Made by a program: the position numbers and the translations under genes
The notes under the pieces: generated by a model
What the model was told of the DNA's origin: nothing
Seen by the model: the letters and a program-made list of their open reading frames with translations, nothing else
The model's database searches: none
From: Lama glama
Lineage: Eukaryota
DNA length: 64,000 nt
Direction of reading: 5' to 3'
Assembly: GCA_028534125.1 (NCBI GenBank)
Contig: CM052816.1
Span: 6,202,001 to 6,266,000, forward strand
Part shown: piece by piece, positions 12,823 through 23,860 of the stretch
How positions within the stretch are numbered: position 1 is the first letter of the stretch
How the letters are laid out: each line of letters starts with the position of its first letter

Positions 12823-12879
12823 TAAGACACACTTCTTAGAAGATCTCAGTGTAACACTAGTTGCATGTTGACCTGTCAT

Positions 12880-13040
12880 AAGTTTTTATGTATGTATTTT
12901 TTTGAGTTGTCTATTTCCTTATTAGAATGTGGGCTCAGTCACCTTAGGCAAACTTCATCTGTCTGGTTCACAGTGGTGCCTGGCACAGAGTAGATACTCA
13001 ATAAATATGTGCTAAATTTATGGATGAATGAATGAATGAG
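12880..13040 (+). mobile_element. L2 3' end
   Basis: GTGCCTGGCACAGAGTAGATACTCAATAAATAT followed by (TGAA)n; further L2 remnants at ~11670-11860 and ~13180-13480. Confidence 0.8.
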
Positions 13041-13894
13041 CTGGATTTGTGTCTCGTGCCCGGACCTAGGCCATTCCCCCATGCTCTGTACCAGGCCCCA
13101 GCACACTGGATGCCTCTGATTTGCCATGGTTTCTCTTGCCTTAGAGGTTTGGAAGATATATTCCCTCTGTCTACAAAACGTGGGCTCTTCCTTCAAGTGT
13201 GAGCTTAAAAGCTTTCTCCTCTGCCGTATCTGCCATGTACCATGTACTTCCTGTAATTATACCCTATTCATTACATGCATAGCCTCAGCTTCTTTTCTTA
13301 ATTTGTAAATATGCATGAGCTTTTTGCCTACCATGTATTTGCCTCTGTCCCATCGCACTTTTTCTTTTTTTCTCTCCAATAAGCTGCCAACTTCTTGACT
13401 CATCTTAATATGTTCAATTCCAAGCACAGTTTCTAGAATAGAGTAAGTGTTCAGTAATGTATGTTTAGTGGATGAATGGATACCCATAATACGTTATTTT
13501 ATTGTCTCCAGAAACCTCAGTTTTATATTAGCAGTTTGATCTGGTTTTGGTTTCTTGTAATCAAAGAGCCTTGACTATGGCAATTCTTAATGGTGAGCAG
13601 AAATTTATACTTTTTAGGTGCTTTTGCAATTACCCTCTTAATAGACGTGAAGAAAACAATGACATTAACTGATAACTTCCTAATGATGTCAATCATGTAC
13701 ATTTCCATAGTTTACAAAGTACCTTTATGTCTGTTATCACAGTTAATTCTCAGAACGGTCTTGCACAGCAAAGGACAGTTGAGACAGAGAGGTCAGAAGA
13801 GCAAGGATCAGAGCTCTTTACCAGCCTGTTGCTCTGGTGATAAACCACACAGCCTCCATTGTTAACTTATACTGCTTATCTCATGTTGCTATAG

Positions 13895-14110
13895 CTACTA
13901 CTAGCTACGGTTTACTGAGCGTTTGCTACCTGGCAAGCAATGAGCTATGTGCTTTCCCTTAATTATATCAGCTAACCTTCACAAGGACCTCATGGAGTTG
14001 ATACTTTTATTGATCTTTTTTGACAAATAAAGAAATTGAGGCACAGAGATGTCAGAGATCTAATGGGTAAGCACAAATGTGAGTCCAGGTTTTTCTGATT
14101 TTTGAAACCA
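13895..14110 (-). mobile_element. MIR SINE
   Basis: TTTACTGAGCG...GTGCTTT...AAGAAATTGAGGCACAGAGA. Confidence 0.7.
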
Positions 14111-16084
14111 AACTACAAACTACTTCACTAAAGTCCTTCTTGCTACAAAGAAAAGTCAAAGAACATCTGGGACTTTGAAAGTCACTCATGCAGAATAATC
14201 TAGCGTCATATTTCTGTTAGTAATCCCAAACCCTTTGAGGTACAATGAAAAGTTATTCAAATCTTCGTGAGAACAGGAAGCACAGAAAGATGGGACAGAA
14301 TATGAGCTGCTTCACCAACATCCCCTTTGAAATGGGGACTTAATTAAGGCACTTAATTGTTGAGAGATCCATAATGAGATTATTCAGAGCCTTGGCTGTG
14401 CACTTCTTTCCTATTGTTAACTATGCTAATTTGCAAAGATGCTCAGGATGCTGGCTGAATGGGAACAGGCTAAATGAAAACTATTTTTTTCAGAGTGGAA
14501 GTAAATGTAATCACACTGAGTAATTTGATTCTGATACACTGCTTCCCCTCCACTCCTTTTTAAATACACATGCTCTTTATAAATAGGTGAAGGTGTGTGG
14601 TCATTTGGCGAGCATAGGAAGGCTGATGATCACAGATGTGACTGAGGGCACCCTGTCAAGCTTCCCTCCATGTGGTAAATTCCTGGATCATTCTCCAAGT
14701 AAAAGAAAGGAGAAAATGATAAAGAAAACATATTCAATGAGTACAGCTCTGTACAAAGCATCATGTCAGGGTCTCTCACACCCACTCTTTAGCTAAATCT
14801 TACAAAAGCTCCTGGGTACAGCTGTGTGTACAGATTGAAAGGAGCCCATTTTACAGACGAATGGAGTCCTTGACTTGATTCTTCCTGGGACAGGAACTAA
14901 GAAAATAGTTAAAACACACAACTGTCACATCATATACCAAGGGGACATATTAAGAGATGTGGGGGGAAAATAAAAAAGAGGAATGGGTATAATTGTGGGG
15001 CTGTAGAGATGGGATTATGTTATTTCAGCATCAAAGAACCCAAGTGCCTATATTCCCAAACGAGATTTGATATTCATTGAATTAGCCAGTCATACCCATG
15101 CTTATGCAGTTTAAAAATATATTTGGTTACCTAATTCAAACTTGTAATAATAGTAATGATGATAATGAAAACTTGTATTTTCAAATTCAGAGTATTTTTT
15201 ATTTTACTTTCTCCCCAGCTGGTCTAATCACATTTGAGTACTTATGTTGCCCTTCTTTCAATCTTCTAAATCTGAGATTCGGTTAAAAAGCAAATTATCT
15301 TTATAAAAAGCCCAACCCTCTTGTCTCTGGACCTCTCCGGGAATGGTTTTTAAAATCATTTTTCACTCGGTTCACACTCTGAAAGATCAAAGAGCTCTGC
15401 TACGTGCCCATTCCAGAAGTCCCTCTGGGATTAGCCCATCATGAATATAAATCACTGTGTTTGTTATGTTTCCAAAATACCCATTCATCAAACATCTGAG
15501 CATTGTTCAAAGAGATGTGGGGTCAGGTCAGTTCTCACCTTCACAAGGCTGCCTGCTTCTGTTTGTGCAGCCAGAGGAGATCTCGAGACAATTAGCTACT
15601 TGCTGTTGTGGCTGCGGCCAAAGGTCTCCCCCAGGGGGATGAGAAGAGACATCCGCAGGAGGAAGCTCTATTCAGGCATCACGTGCGGCTCTCAGCCAAG
15701 GAGGCAGTGCCTCTTTATACCTTCCAACTCAGGGTCTTTTTTGTGTAGCAAGACAAAAGCGAACAATGGGCACCTCCTCTCTCCTGGAGGTGACAAGGCG
15801 CAGGAAAGTATAAAGCTAGCTTTTGAAAACTCAGCCATTGAACTCCCTGCCACCCCAAGAACCTGACCTGAATCCACTTTCTGACAACCACAGGAGACGA
15901 TTGTCCTTTTCTTTAAGAAGCTCTCAGCTTGGAAGAAGACCACCAAGAGGGAAAGGGATTGCCTTCCAAAAGGGTCCTAAAGGATATCAAAGCTGGAAGG
16001 TCTCCTAGTGATTACTGAGTCCAACCTCCTTAATTTATAAATGTTAACTCTGAGGACTAGAAGGATTGAATCTGAACCATCCAG

Positions 16085-16567
16085 ACCAATGAGGCTCCCT
16101 CAGATAGTGTCAGAACAACCTGCTCTTAAGTCAGAGCTGAGTTTAATCACTTCCCATGATGAGAGAAAACACTACCTACCTGGCCAGTCTTGACTGCACC
16201 TAGTGGGGGCAAGAGCAGCTGGGATATTTGTTGAAGTCTGGTTTAAGGAGGGTCCTTCAAGGGAGTAGAGGGGTCTTACTAGGGTTGGATGGGAGCATGA
16301 TACAATAGTTTAGAGTTGGTGGACACAACAAGGCAAGGATTTTGAGGGGAAGGGTTGAAAGGGTCTTGAGGTATAAATAGTTGATACTTTCTGTTGAAGA
16401 GTTGATGGGTCTTTCTGCAAAGTTCTTGGAATGCACAATAAAGTTATTTTCTCTTCCTGGGCAAAATTTCCTGGAATAGTGAATCTATGCTGATGAAGAC
16501 AAAGGACTACTAGAGTCGTATCAGAGCAGACAGTAACCTGTGTGGGCAGAGATAGTTTGGGGTCTCA
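16085..16567 (-). mobile_element. ERV1-class solo LTR, MER90-like
   Basis: ACAACCTG...AGCTGAGTTTA...GTCTGGTTTAAGG...GGTGGACACAACAAGGCAAGGATTTTGAGG...TTGAAGAGTTGATGGGTCTTTC, ending GGGGTCTCA. Confidence 0.75.
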
Positions 16568-17226
16568 GAATCTGAGCCCTCAATTTTTAAATGAAACCCT
16601 GCTCCAAGCCCCACAGCCCCTTCACTGCAGAGGATGAGCTGGAAACTGTTCACCTAATGAGAACTCACAGTAGGAGCCATTCTTCCATAAGTGTTGAAGA
16701 CTATGTCCAGATTTTCCAAGAAGAGGGCCTGGGAGATAGTCAGACATTTACTTGTTCATTTTTGCTTGAGCAAAGTGAGAAATCCATCAGCTAAGCCAGC
16801 TGTAGGTCTTCATAGAGCAGTAAATTATCTTTTTTTTTTCTTTTGGTTTGTTTGCAAGAAATGCCTGTGATTCCAGGATAGTCTCTTATTCTTAGCCATT
16901 ATCACGCTCCAACGTTCATTTTCAATTTCTAATGTTGAGCTGGATGGTTTTTATGATATCTCAGCTAGAGAAAAATGAAAATGAATTTACAAAATGAAAG
17001 ACAAGATTTATTTGGATGTAGGGGCACTCTTTGCAGTTCTTCTTAAAGCAAAAAAGAATCTTTTGGTAGGATTCAATTATGCACACAGTTTCTTTCCAAA
17101 TGTACACATAGTCTCTAATTGGACAATTCACATCTTCTACACCCAGCATTATCAACAGATGATGATTGAAAAAGTTTAAGAGTATAGCTTTCATGAAACC
17201 ACTCAGTAGTCTATGTGCGAACTTAC

Positions 17227-17244
17227 CAAGCCTGTGTAACAAAT
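17227..17244 (-). other. Candidate 18-nt microexon (host gene unidentified)
   Basis: Minus strand reads tactcac-cgatttcctggcttttcag|ATTTGTTACACAGGCTTG|gtaagt: branch-point-like motif, pyrimidine tract, strong donor, length a multiple of 3. Confidence 0.3.
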
Positions 17245-17534
17245 CTGAAAAGCCAGGAAATCGGTGAGTAATAGAAAACAGCAAAGCACTCAGTCCATCA
17301 TCTGGAATACTCATTCTTACTTCATGAATTCAAACACAGGGAAGCATTTGTGTACTGACATCTGGTTGTGTGTGAGCTCTTTTAAAACGCATTCTGTTTT
17401 CATTGTTCCTTTTCGAGAAATGAACACCAATACAGTATAAAATCATTGGATAGGGTCTGGGGAAGCTCAGGGTAATTTCAGGGTAGACCTTCCCTCAGGA
17501 CAGGGTAGGACATTGTAAATGATCTGGGAGGAAG

Positions 17535-17715
17535 TATTGCTCAGCAGTTAAGGCTGTGAGTTTTTGGTTTTGAATCTCATTTCTATCCTGAAAAGCTAGC
17601 TTCATGACCTTGGGAAAGTTGTTTAACCTCTATAAGCCTCAGTCTTCCAGCTTTAATATGGGGGTAACAATAGTAGCTAACTCCTAGGGTGTCTCTGAGG
17701 ATTATATCAGACTGG
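17535..17715 (+). mobile_element. MIR SINE
   Basis: GTTTTGAATCTC...TGACCTTGGGAAAGTTGTTTAACCTCTATAAGCCTCAGT. Confidence 0.8.
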
Positions 17716-17725
17716 TAAAGCTTTT

Positions 17726-18530
17726 TTTTTTCTTCTTTCAGTTTTGTTGAGATATATTTGAATTACAGCACTGTGTAAGCATCAAGTGTACATAAAGCAT
17801 AATGATTTTACTTACATACATCATGAAATGAGTGTCACAATAAATTTAGTGAACATCTATTATCTCATATAGATACAAAATTAAAGAAACAGAAAAATAT
17901 ATTTTTCCTTGTGATGAGAACTCTTAGGATTTACTCTCCTAACAGCTTTCATGTATAACACACAGCAGTGTTAATTATATTTATCATGTTGTACATTATG
18001 TCCTAATAATTATATATCTTATAATGGGAGGTTTGACATATTGACTGCTTTTGTCCAAGTCCTTTTCCCACCTGCCTTCACTCCCCACTTCCGGTAACCA
18101 CAAAATACGATCTCTTTTTCTATGAGTTTGTTTGTTCTTGAATTACAACACTGTGTTATTTCCTGTTACACAATATAGTGATGCTATATTTCTGTAGGTT
18201 TCAAGATGATCATCACAATGAATCTAGTTATGATCTGCCATCATAGAAAGGTTTTACGTAGTTAATGACTATATTCCCCACAATGTACGTTTCATACCTG
18301 TAACTCATTTATTTTGTAGGTGGAAGTTTGTACCTCTTCATCTCCTTCACCTATTTCTTTCCTGCTTCCACTCGCCTCCCCTCTGACAACTACCTGTTTG
18401 TTCTCTGTATCTACAAATCTGTTTCTGTTTTGTTATGTTTGTTCATTTGTTTTTTAGACTCCACATAAAAGTGAGATCATATAGCGTTAGTCTTTCTCTG
18501 ATTTGTTTCACTTAGTATGATACCCTTAAT
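17726..18530 (-). mobile_element. 5'-truncated LINE-1 3' UTR (older laurasiatherian type)
   Basis: Poly-T head, TTCCTTGTGATGAGAACTCTTAGGATTTACTCTC, TTAGACTCCACATAAAAGTGAGATCATA; candidate TSD TAAAGCTTTT at 17716-17725 and 18539-18548. Confidence 0.9.
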
Positions 18531-19130
18531 TCAAGACCTAAAGCTTTTCCTATCTTAACTTTGATTACTGTGTAGAATGATTACGAGATATATTATGGTC
18601 AATTTCAGAAAAAAAAAAAAGGCTGCTGCCTCTGTGTGTGTGTATTACTTTTTGGGCATAGCGGTACATGCATAAGGCAAAATATCAAATAGTATGCAAG
18701 AGTTTATCATGAAAAGTTACAGTCTCCTGCTTGCCTTTTTCTACTCTTTATCACCGTCCTCAGAGAAAAACTCTCAACTATTTCTACTTTTCTTTTTTCT
18801 CAAGGTACCCCATATATCTAAACAGTATCCCTGCACACCATTTCTTGATTCATCAACTTTAGACAATATCTTTTTACTCCATTAAGTAAGAACTGAAGAT
18901 TTATTTGTTCTATTATTTTTCCCTCTTATCCTTCCCCAGTGTTTGATGATTTTATTAATATTTTTTATCTCTTCTTCTGCTCATGTTTATAGCTTAAACA
19001 GTAAGATTATACTTTTTTATTCTATCAGTTTTAGAAATTGTCTGGATTTTCCTCCTTAACTTAAAGATAAGTGTTTCCCACGCCTTTCCTCCCTAATTTC
19101 TGAACGCTGTCTCTGTATGTGTTTGGAAGA

Positions 19131-19571
19131 CGTCTTAGGAAGTGGTTTCTCAAGGTACAGCCTGCAGTGGGGTTCTTGAGCATGTGATTTATGAAGGGTG
19201 TGCTTCTAGTGGGAACCCGTAAAGGAGTGAGGGAAGCAGGGCAGGGGAAGGGGAGAAGCCAGGAAGGATGTGGTTTTCAGTTGGGGCCTGGCTTTGACTT
19301 GCTCTTATGGGGAGCTCTGGAGTGTGAACTGTCCCACAGGATGAGGCCACCCTTTGGACATCCCTTATGTGGCTGCCACTGCCTGCAGGCACCCTGCAGG
19401 AGGAGGGGGAGTGCATGACCTCCTGCAAGAGGGGCAGACTCTGCCCACTAAGGACCGTGCTCCAGAGAAGGGGGCAGCTGTGAGCTAGTATCAGCCCGCA
19501 GTGTCAGCAGCTAGAGGAAGGATGCACAGGCCAGGGACGGGGATCTGGGTGGGAACCAGTAATCTCCAACA
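19131..19571 (-). mobile_element. ERVL solo LTR, LTR16 family
   Basis: GTCTTAGG...GTGATTTAT...GGAGTGAGGGAAGCAGG...GGGGAGCTCTGGAG...GGGGCAGCTGTGAGC...GGGGATCTGGGTGG. Confidence 0.8.
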
Positions 19572-19717
19572 TGTAGTTGAGGGAGAAGAGGGTGTGGTGA
19601 AGGCAGTGGCCTCAGCTGCCCCATCCACTTTTCCGTTTACTTCAGATTCACTGTTTACAAAGTACTTTCTCTTGTGTTTTTCATTTGGTCTTCACTCAGA
19701 CATACACACACACCCCG

Positions 19718-19756
19718 CATCACCACCAGCACCAGCACCAGCACCGGCAGCACCAA
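19718..19756. repeat. (CACCAG)n hexamer microsatellite
   Basis: Directly visible; explains the PAPAPA and TSTSTS runs in the ORF track. Confidence 0.9.
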
Positions 19757-20099
19757 TACAAATGCCGGTAACATCAACAAGGCAGTAGGAGGTAGTGTTG
19801 GTGTTACTCCCTCTGTTGTAAAAATTAAAGGCATGATCCCAAAGTGGTCTTGTGGCTTGTCCTATATACACAGTAACTGGAAAAAGTCAGACCTAATTCC
19901 AGTCTCAGAATCTGTTTTCTGAACATCCATGGTTTCTTTCTTCATAGTTCTTTGCATTAAATCCTTTTGCCATACATTTATGTTCTGCCATATTTAGACT
20001 GACTTTGCAGATTTTTTTTTTCTTTCTCTAAACAGCCTTTCAGTCTTCCTGGTGGCTTTGTTCATTTCCATCACATTACTGTTCTCTCAGCCAGGACAA

Positions 20100-20470
20100 T
20101 TTGGAGCCACAGAAGAAATTTAGAGATTCCTGGATAGAGATGTTTACTATTTCACATATAAAGTCCAGAACCATATCAGTCCTGTCATGTCATCCATGTC
20201 TTAGGACCAGGCTTTCTCCTCCTCTCTCTGCCTCCTCTCGGTGGCGGCTTTCCCTTTTAAGTCAGTCATGGCAAGATGGCCAGGAGGCTGCTACAGCTCC
20301 AGGCTTCAGGTTCTCAGCATGGGTCTCATATGCAGAAAAGGAAGGTTTCTCTTCAGTCATCCTCTTTCTTTCAGAGGAGCGAGGGGACGTTTCTCAGAGC
20401 CCCCAGATCTCCTCAGGTCCCAGTGACCAGGATGTAAACTTTGCTTCCAGGAAATGAAGCTGGGAATTAA
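20100..20470 (-). mobile_element. Degenerate MaLR LTR (MLT1J/K/L-like)
   Basis: GGACCAGGCTTTC...TGGCAAGATGGC...CAGCTCCAGGCTTCA motifs. Confidence 0.5.
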
Positions 20471-21184
20471 GGACCTGGCATTTTGAACTCGGTGTGTATG
20501 TGTGAATGTGTGTGTGCGTGTAGGGAGTCTCTGTCAGCACATAGGAAGGAGTGGGAAGGATTTTTGGACGGGCAGCTACCAGCTTTTCTCTCCAGCATCT
20601 CTTCCTACCATTAATACACAGATACACATATGCACACACAGAGATAGGTAAGTAAGTAGGTAGGTAGATACATGATTCATAAGCTTACCTCCTTTTTGTG
20701 TATAGCTGGTTAGTTCCCTGTTGATGAAGTACCAACTAATAAGTTTTTGTTTCTTTGTTTTTATCTTGAGGTTCTGCTAGCAGAGCACAAAGTGATGTGA
20801 TAGTAGTTTTGTAATTCTACTCAATGAGGCAGGGCACACAGTGCTAGTCTGAGATCTGTCTTGCCCTCGCACACTGTCTGTGGTCTTTGGATTGAGTTTC
20901 CTGAGGCAGACCTTGGGAAACACACCATCAACTGCTTTCCTTGCCTGTGGCCTAGATTGTTTCCCCTGGAGAGTTGTCAGAGAGGATGTGTGAGCATCAG
21001 GAGGGAAGGAGGAAATGGAAGTAAATGTTTAATTCTGGGAGGGAATTTTGAAACAACTGGGCAAAAACAAAGTTCCCTGAGAGAAGAGGCAAGTGTTCAG
21101 TGTGCACTCCTCACAACTTACTTGGAATGTTAGAAGAAACATTCCGGTCAAAAATGGACTTCCGGAAATCTGTGGGGTGATGAC

Positions 21185-21670
21185 CTAGCTGCAAGTCTAA
21201 GAAAACCCGAGTAGCAGTTGACTATGCTAAGAGCACTGATTGGCTCAGATGAATCAGAACAGCTGAACATGTGGGGGATAACCTGACCTCAGGTTCTGCC
21301 GGAGTTACAGTCACCGTCGCCATCAGGACCTGGTAGTCTGCCCTCTTCCCTCTAGTAACAACTTTAGCAGATCTGTGTGGTGGCAGGGTGGCGCAACAGC
21401 TCTGGGTTCACATCCTTTTACCATCAGATAGAGTGAGAAGAAGGTGTTTTTAGTAGCTTCTTCAAAGGGCCTGAGAGTCCCTCTGTTTAGCCAGTTTAAA
21501 TTAGCCTGAGGAAGGGGATATTTTTCAGCTTAGACTTGAGTCACTTTCAAGTTAGCGATCGTGATCATGTTCCACCCCAACCACGTAGACCAGAAGGGAG
21601 ACTGAGTTGCCCGAAGAAATACCAAGTAGGAAGAATGAATAATGGGCTTTAAAACAATATCTGTCCACTC
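21185..21670 (-). mobile_element. Degenerate MaLR LTR (MLT1K/L-like)
   Basis: GCTGCAAGT...AGAAAACCCGA start, CATCAGGACC, CAGCTCTGGGTTCACATCC, end near AAAACAATATCTGTCCACT. Confidence 0.5.
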
Positions 21671-22568
21671 CAATGTTCTAAAGGAAAGAGTGACCTCTAA
21701 AGTCTAGAGAGCTCAAGATCAGCTGGGTTAGACTCCTTTGAAAGGAAATTTCACCAGCAAAAGAAAAATTCTCATATGCTGGTTTGGATACATCTCTGAA
21801 AGTACTGATACTGGGAATCGCACGAGCCAAATAGTTTTGTCCCCATGAGCTTTATAGCATGATGAATAAAAGACTTCAGTACAGTTTCATACTGCAGCCT
21901 ACATGACTTGAGAAAGTGAATCTCAGCTCTCCTAAACCCATCTCCCTGCCAGACAAGCGGTAAATAAAACATAAACCACTTCTGTATGTGCTTCACATTT
22001 TGGTATAGATGAAAGGCAATTTACTCTCGGCTGAAAACGAAATTCCTGGCAAAAAGCAATGCCTATTAACAAATGGAACAGTCCCCTGGTGACAAGATGG
22101 AGGCATGCAGCTGGGTAGATTTGTCATTTTGACTCTGGGGCAGGCTCGAGGTGTTTTAATCATGCTGAAGTAGCTTTGCAGGTAGACACAGCATCCTTGT
22201 CGGTACAGGAGAGGATGTCAGCATTGCTCCTTTGAACAGGTTATTTTCTACATGTGAATAATTCGATAAGAGAACATAATATTCTATATTTACTTAATTC
22301 CTAGGTATCTAAAAAAAGTACAAATCGCAAACCTTTTTCAAATTTATCTTTCCATTCATTTGCCTGCAAGTTACTCCTCTGAATGCACTATTCTCACCCA
22401 GCTGTCCCTCTACTCAGACACCTTAAGAAACTCTCATTGTCCACAAGCCACCAAATCCCTGACTCGGTATTCAGGCATGGAAGGTCTTCTGAAGGAGAGA
22501 TGTCAAATACTGTTCTAGACTTAATTTCGGCCATGTTTGTATGAATGAGGAGAGGCTAGTTTATGTGG

Positions 22569-23113
22569 TGTGCCTTTGTTTTCTACTGCTGTGTGACCAA
22601 GTACCACAGACTTCACAGCTGAAGGCAGCGTTCACTTATCTCCCAGGTTCTGTGGGTCAGAAATCCGGGCACAGCTGACTTGGGTCCTGAGCACAAGTGC
22701 TCAGGGTCTCACAAGCTTCAGTGTAGGTACAGGCTAGACTTACCCTTTCTGGAGCTTGGGGGTGTTTCCTGAGATTACATGTCTGTTGGCAGAATTAAAT
22801 TGCTTGCAGTTGCAGGTGGGTGCAGGAGCGCCTGTCTTTCCTGTGGCCGCCAGCTAGAGGTCACTCTCAGCTCCTAAAGGCCCCGCTGTTCCTTGACACC
22901 TGGTCTTCTCAGACCAAGGAGGTTTACTTCTTCACAGGCAGGGGGAGAATCTGTTAAGATGGGGTCCGGTGTTCCACAGAGGTATTTTTCCTTTACCTTT
23001 GCCGTCTTCAGTTTGTTAAAGGCGAGACCCTGCGCAAAGGAGGGGATTACACAAAGGTGTGGAGTCCGGGGGATGGAAATCATGGAGGCTGCCTTAGAAT
23101 TCTGCCTACCACA
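22569..23113 (-). mobile_element. MaLR solo LTR, MLT1E-like, nested in an older MLT1
   Basis: TTTTCTACTGCTGTGTGACCAAGTACCACA...TTCTGTGGGTCAGAAATCC...TGTTGGCAGAATT...CTTAGAATTCTGCCTACCACA. Flanks (AGGCTAGTTTATG / TAACAAACAACCCC) join into an older MLT1 end. Confidence 0.85.
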
Positions 23114-23449
23114 CTGTGATAACAAACAACCCCTCAATATCAGTGCCTGAAAACGACAATGGCTTATGTCTATCAAGAGCTTGGCTAAGGGCCTTAGCTC
23201 TGCGTCACTGGCAGGGAACCAGTCTGAGGAGTCACTTCAGTCAGCTCCACACTTGACTACTGCCAGGACAGGAAACATGACATGTAGCAAATCCTGTTTC
23301 CCTCAAATCTCTGTGGTCGAAGCAAGTGACATCCCCACCTCTAGCTTTAAGGGGTCGGGAAAGGTACCCAGACATAGAACTGAAACTGTTGGGTGAGGAG
23401 CGCAAATGAGGACCAACTGCTCCTCCAACCAAGTGTCTTCTTGCTGTGT

Positions 23450-23860
23450 CTGGCTAGAGCTGTTTCTCTTTCCAGGTGATTGGTTCATTCTGTTTTCTCT
23501 ACTTGAATGACCTTTCTGCCACATCCCTGTTTCCAAATCCCTCCTGTCCTTCAAAGTCCAGCTCAAAAGCTACTTGGTCAGTTAAGTATTTTCTGATCTT
23601 TCCCATCAAAATTAAATTTACCTTCGTGGCTCTCCCATAATGCCCCTCTGTGCTTTCTCCATCCACCTTATGTGGCATTTATAATTTCCTAATTTTATCC
23701 CAGTTAAATATTTTAGATACCATTGCGCCAGTCTAGGATTGTGAACGTCTTGTGGACAGGAAACAAGTGTGAGTCACGATTATTTCCTTTAAAGGTTCCA
23801 TGCATAATACAGGGTTATACTCAATGTAGTGGTGATGTCTGTGGGTTGAGTGAAATTGCT
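23450..23860 (+). mobile_element. L2 3' fragment
   Basis: TCCTTCAAAGTCCAGCTCAAA...GGATTGTGAAC...TACTCAATG. Confidence 0.65.

Noticed and set aside
16961..17314. 117-aa minus-strand ORF overlapping the microexon candidate
   Set aside because: No recognisable domain; it reads through both splice signals and is of chance length.
19501..19922. Pro/Ala- and Thr/Ser-rich ORFs
   Set aside because: Produced by the (CACCAG)n microsatellite between an LTR and a MIR-like remnant.
20641..20670. AG|GTAAGT donor-like motif
   Set aside because: It lies inside a (GTAA)/(GTAG) simple repeat.
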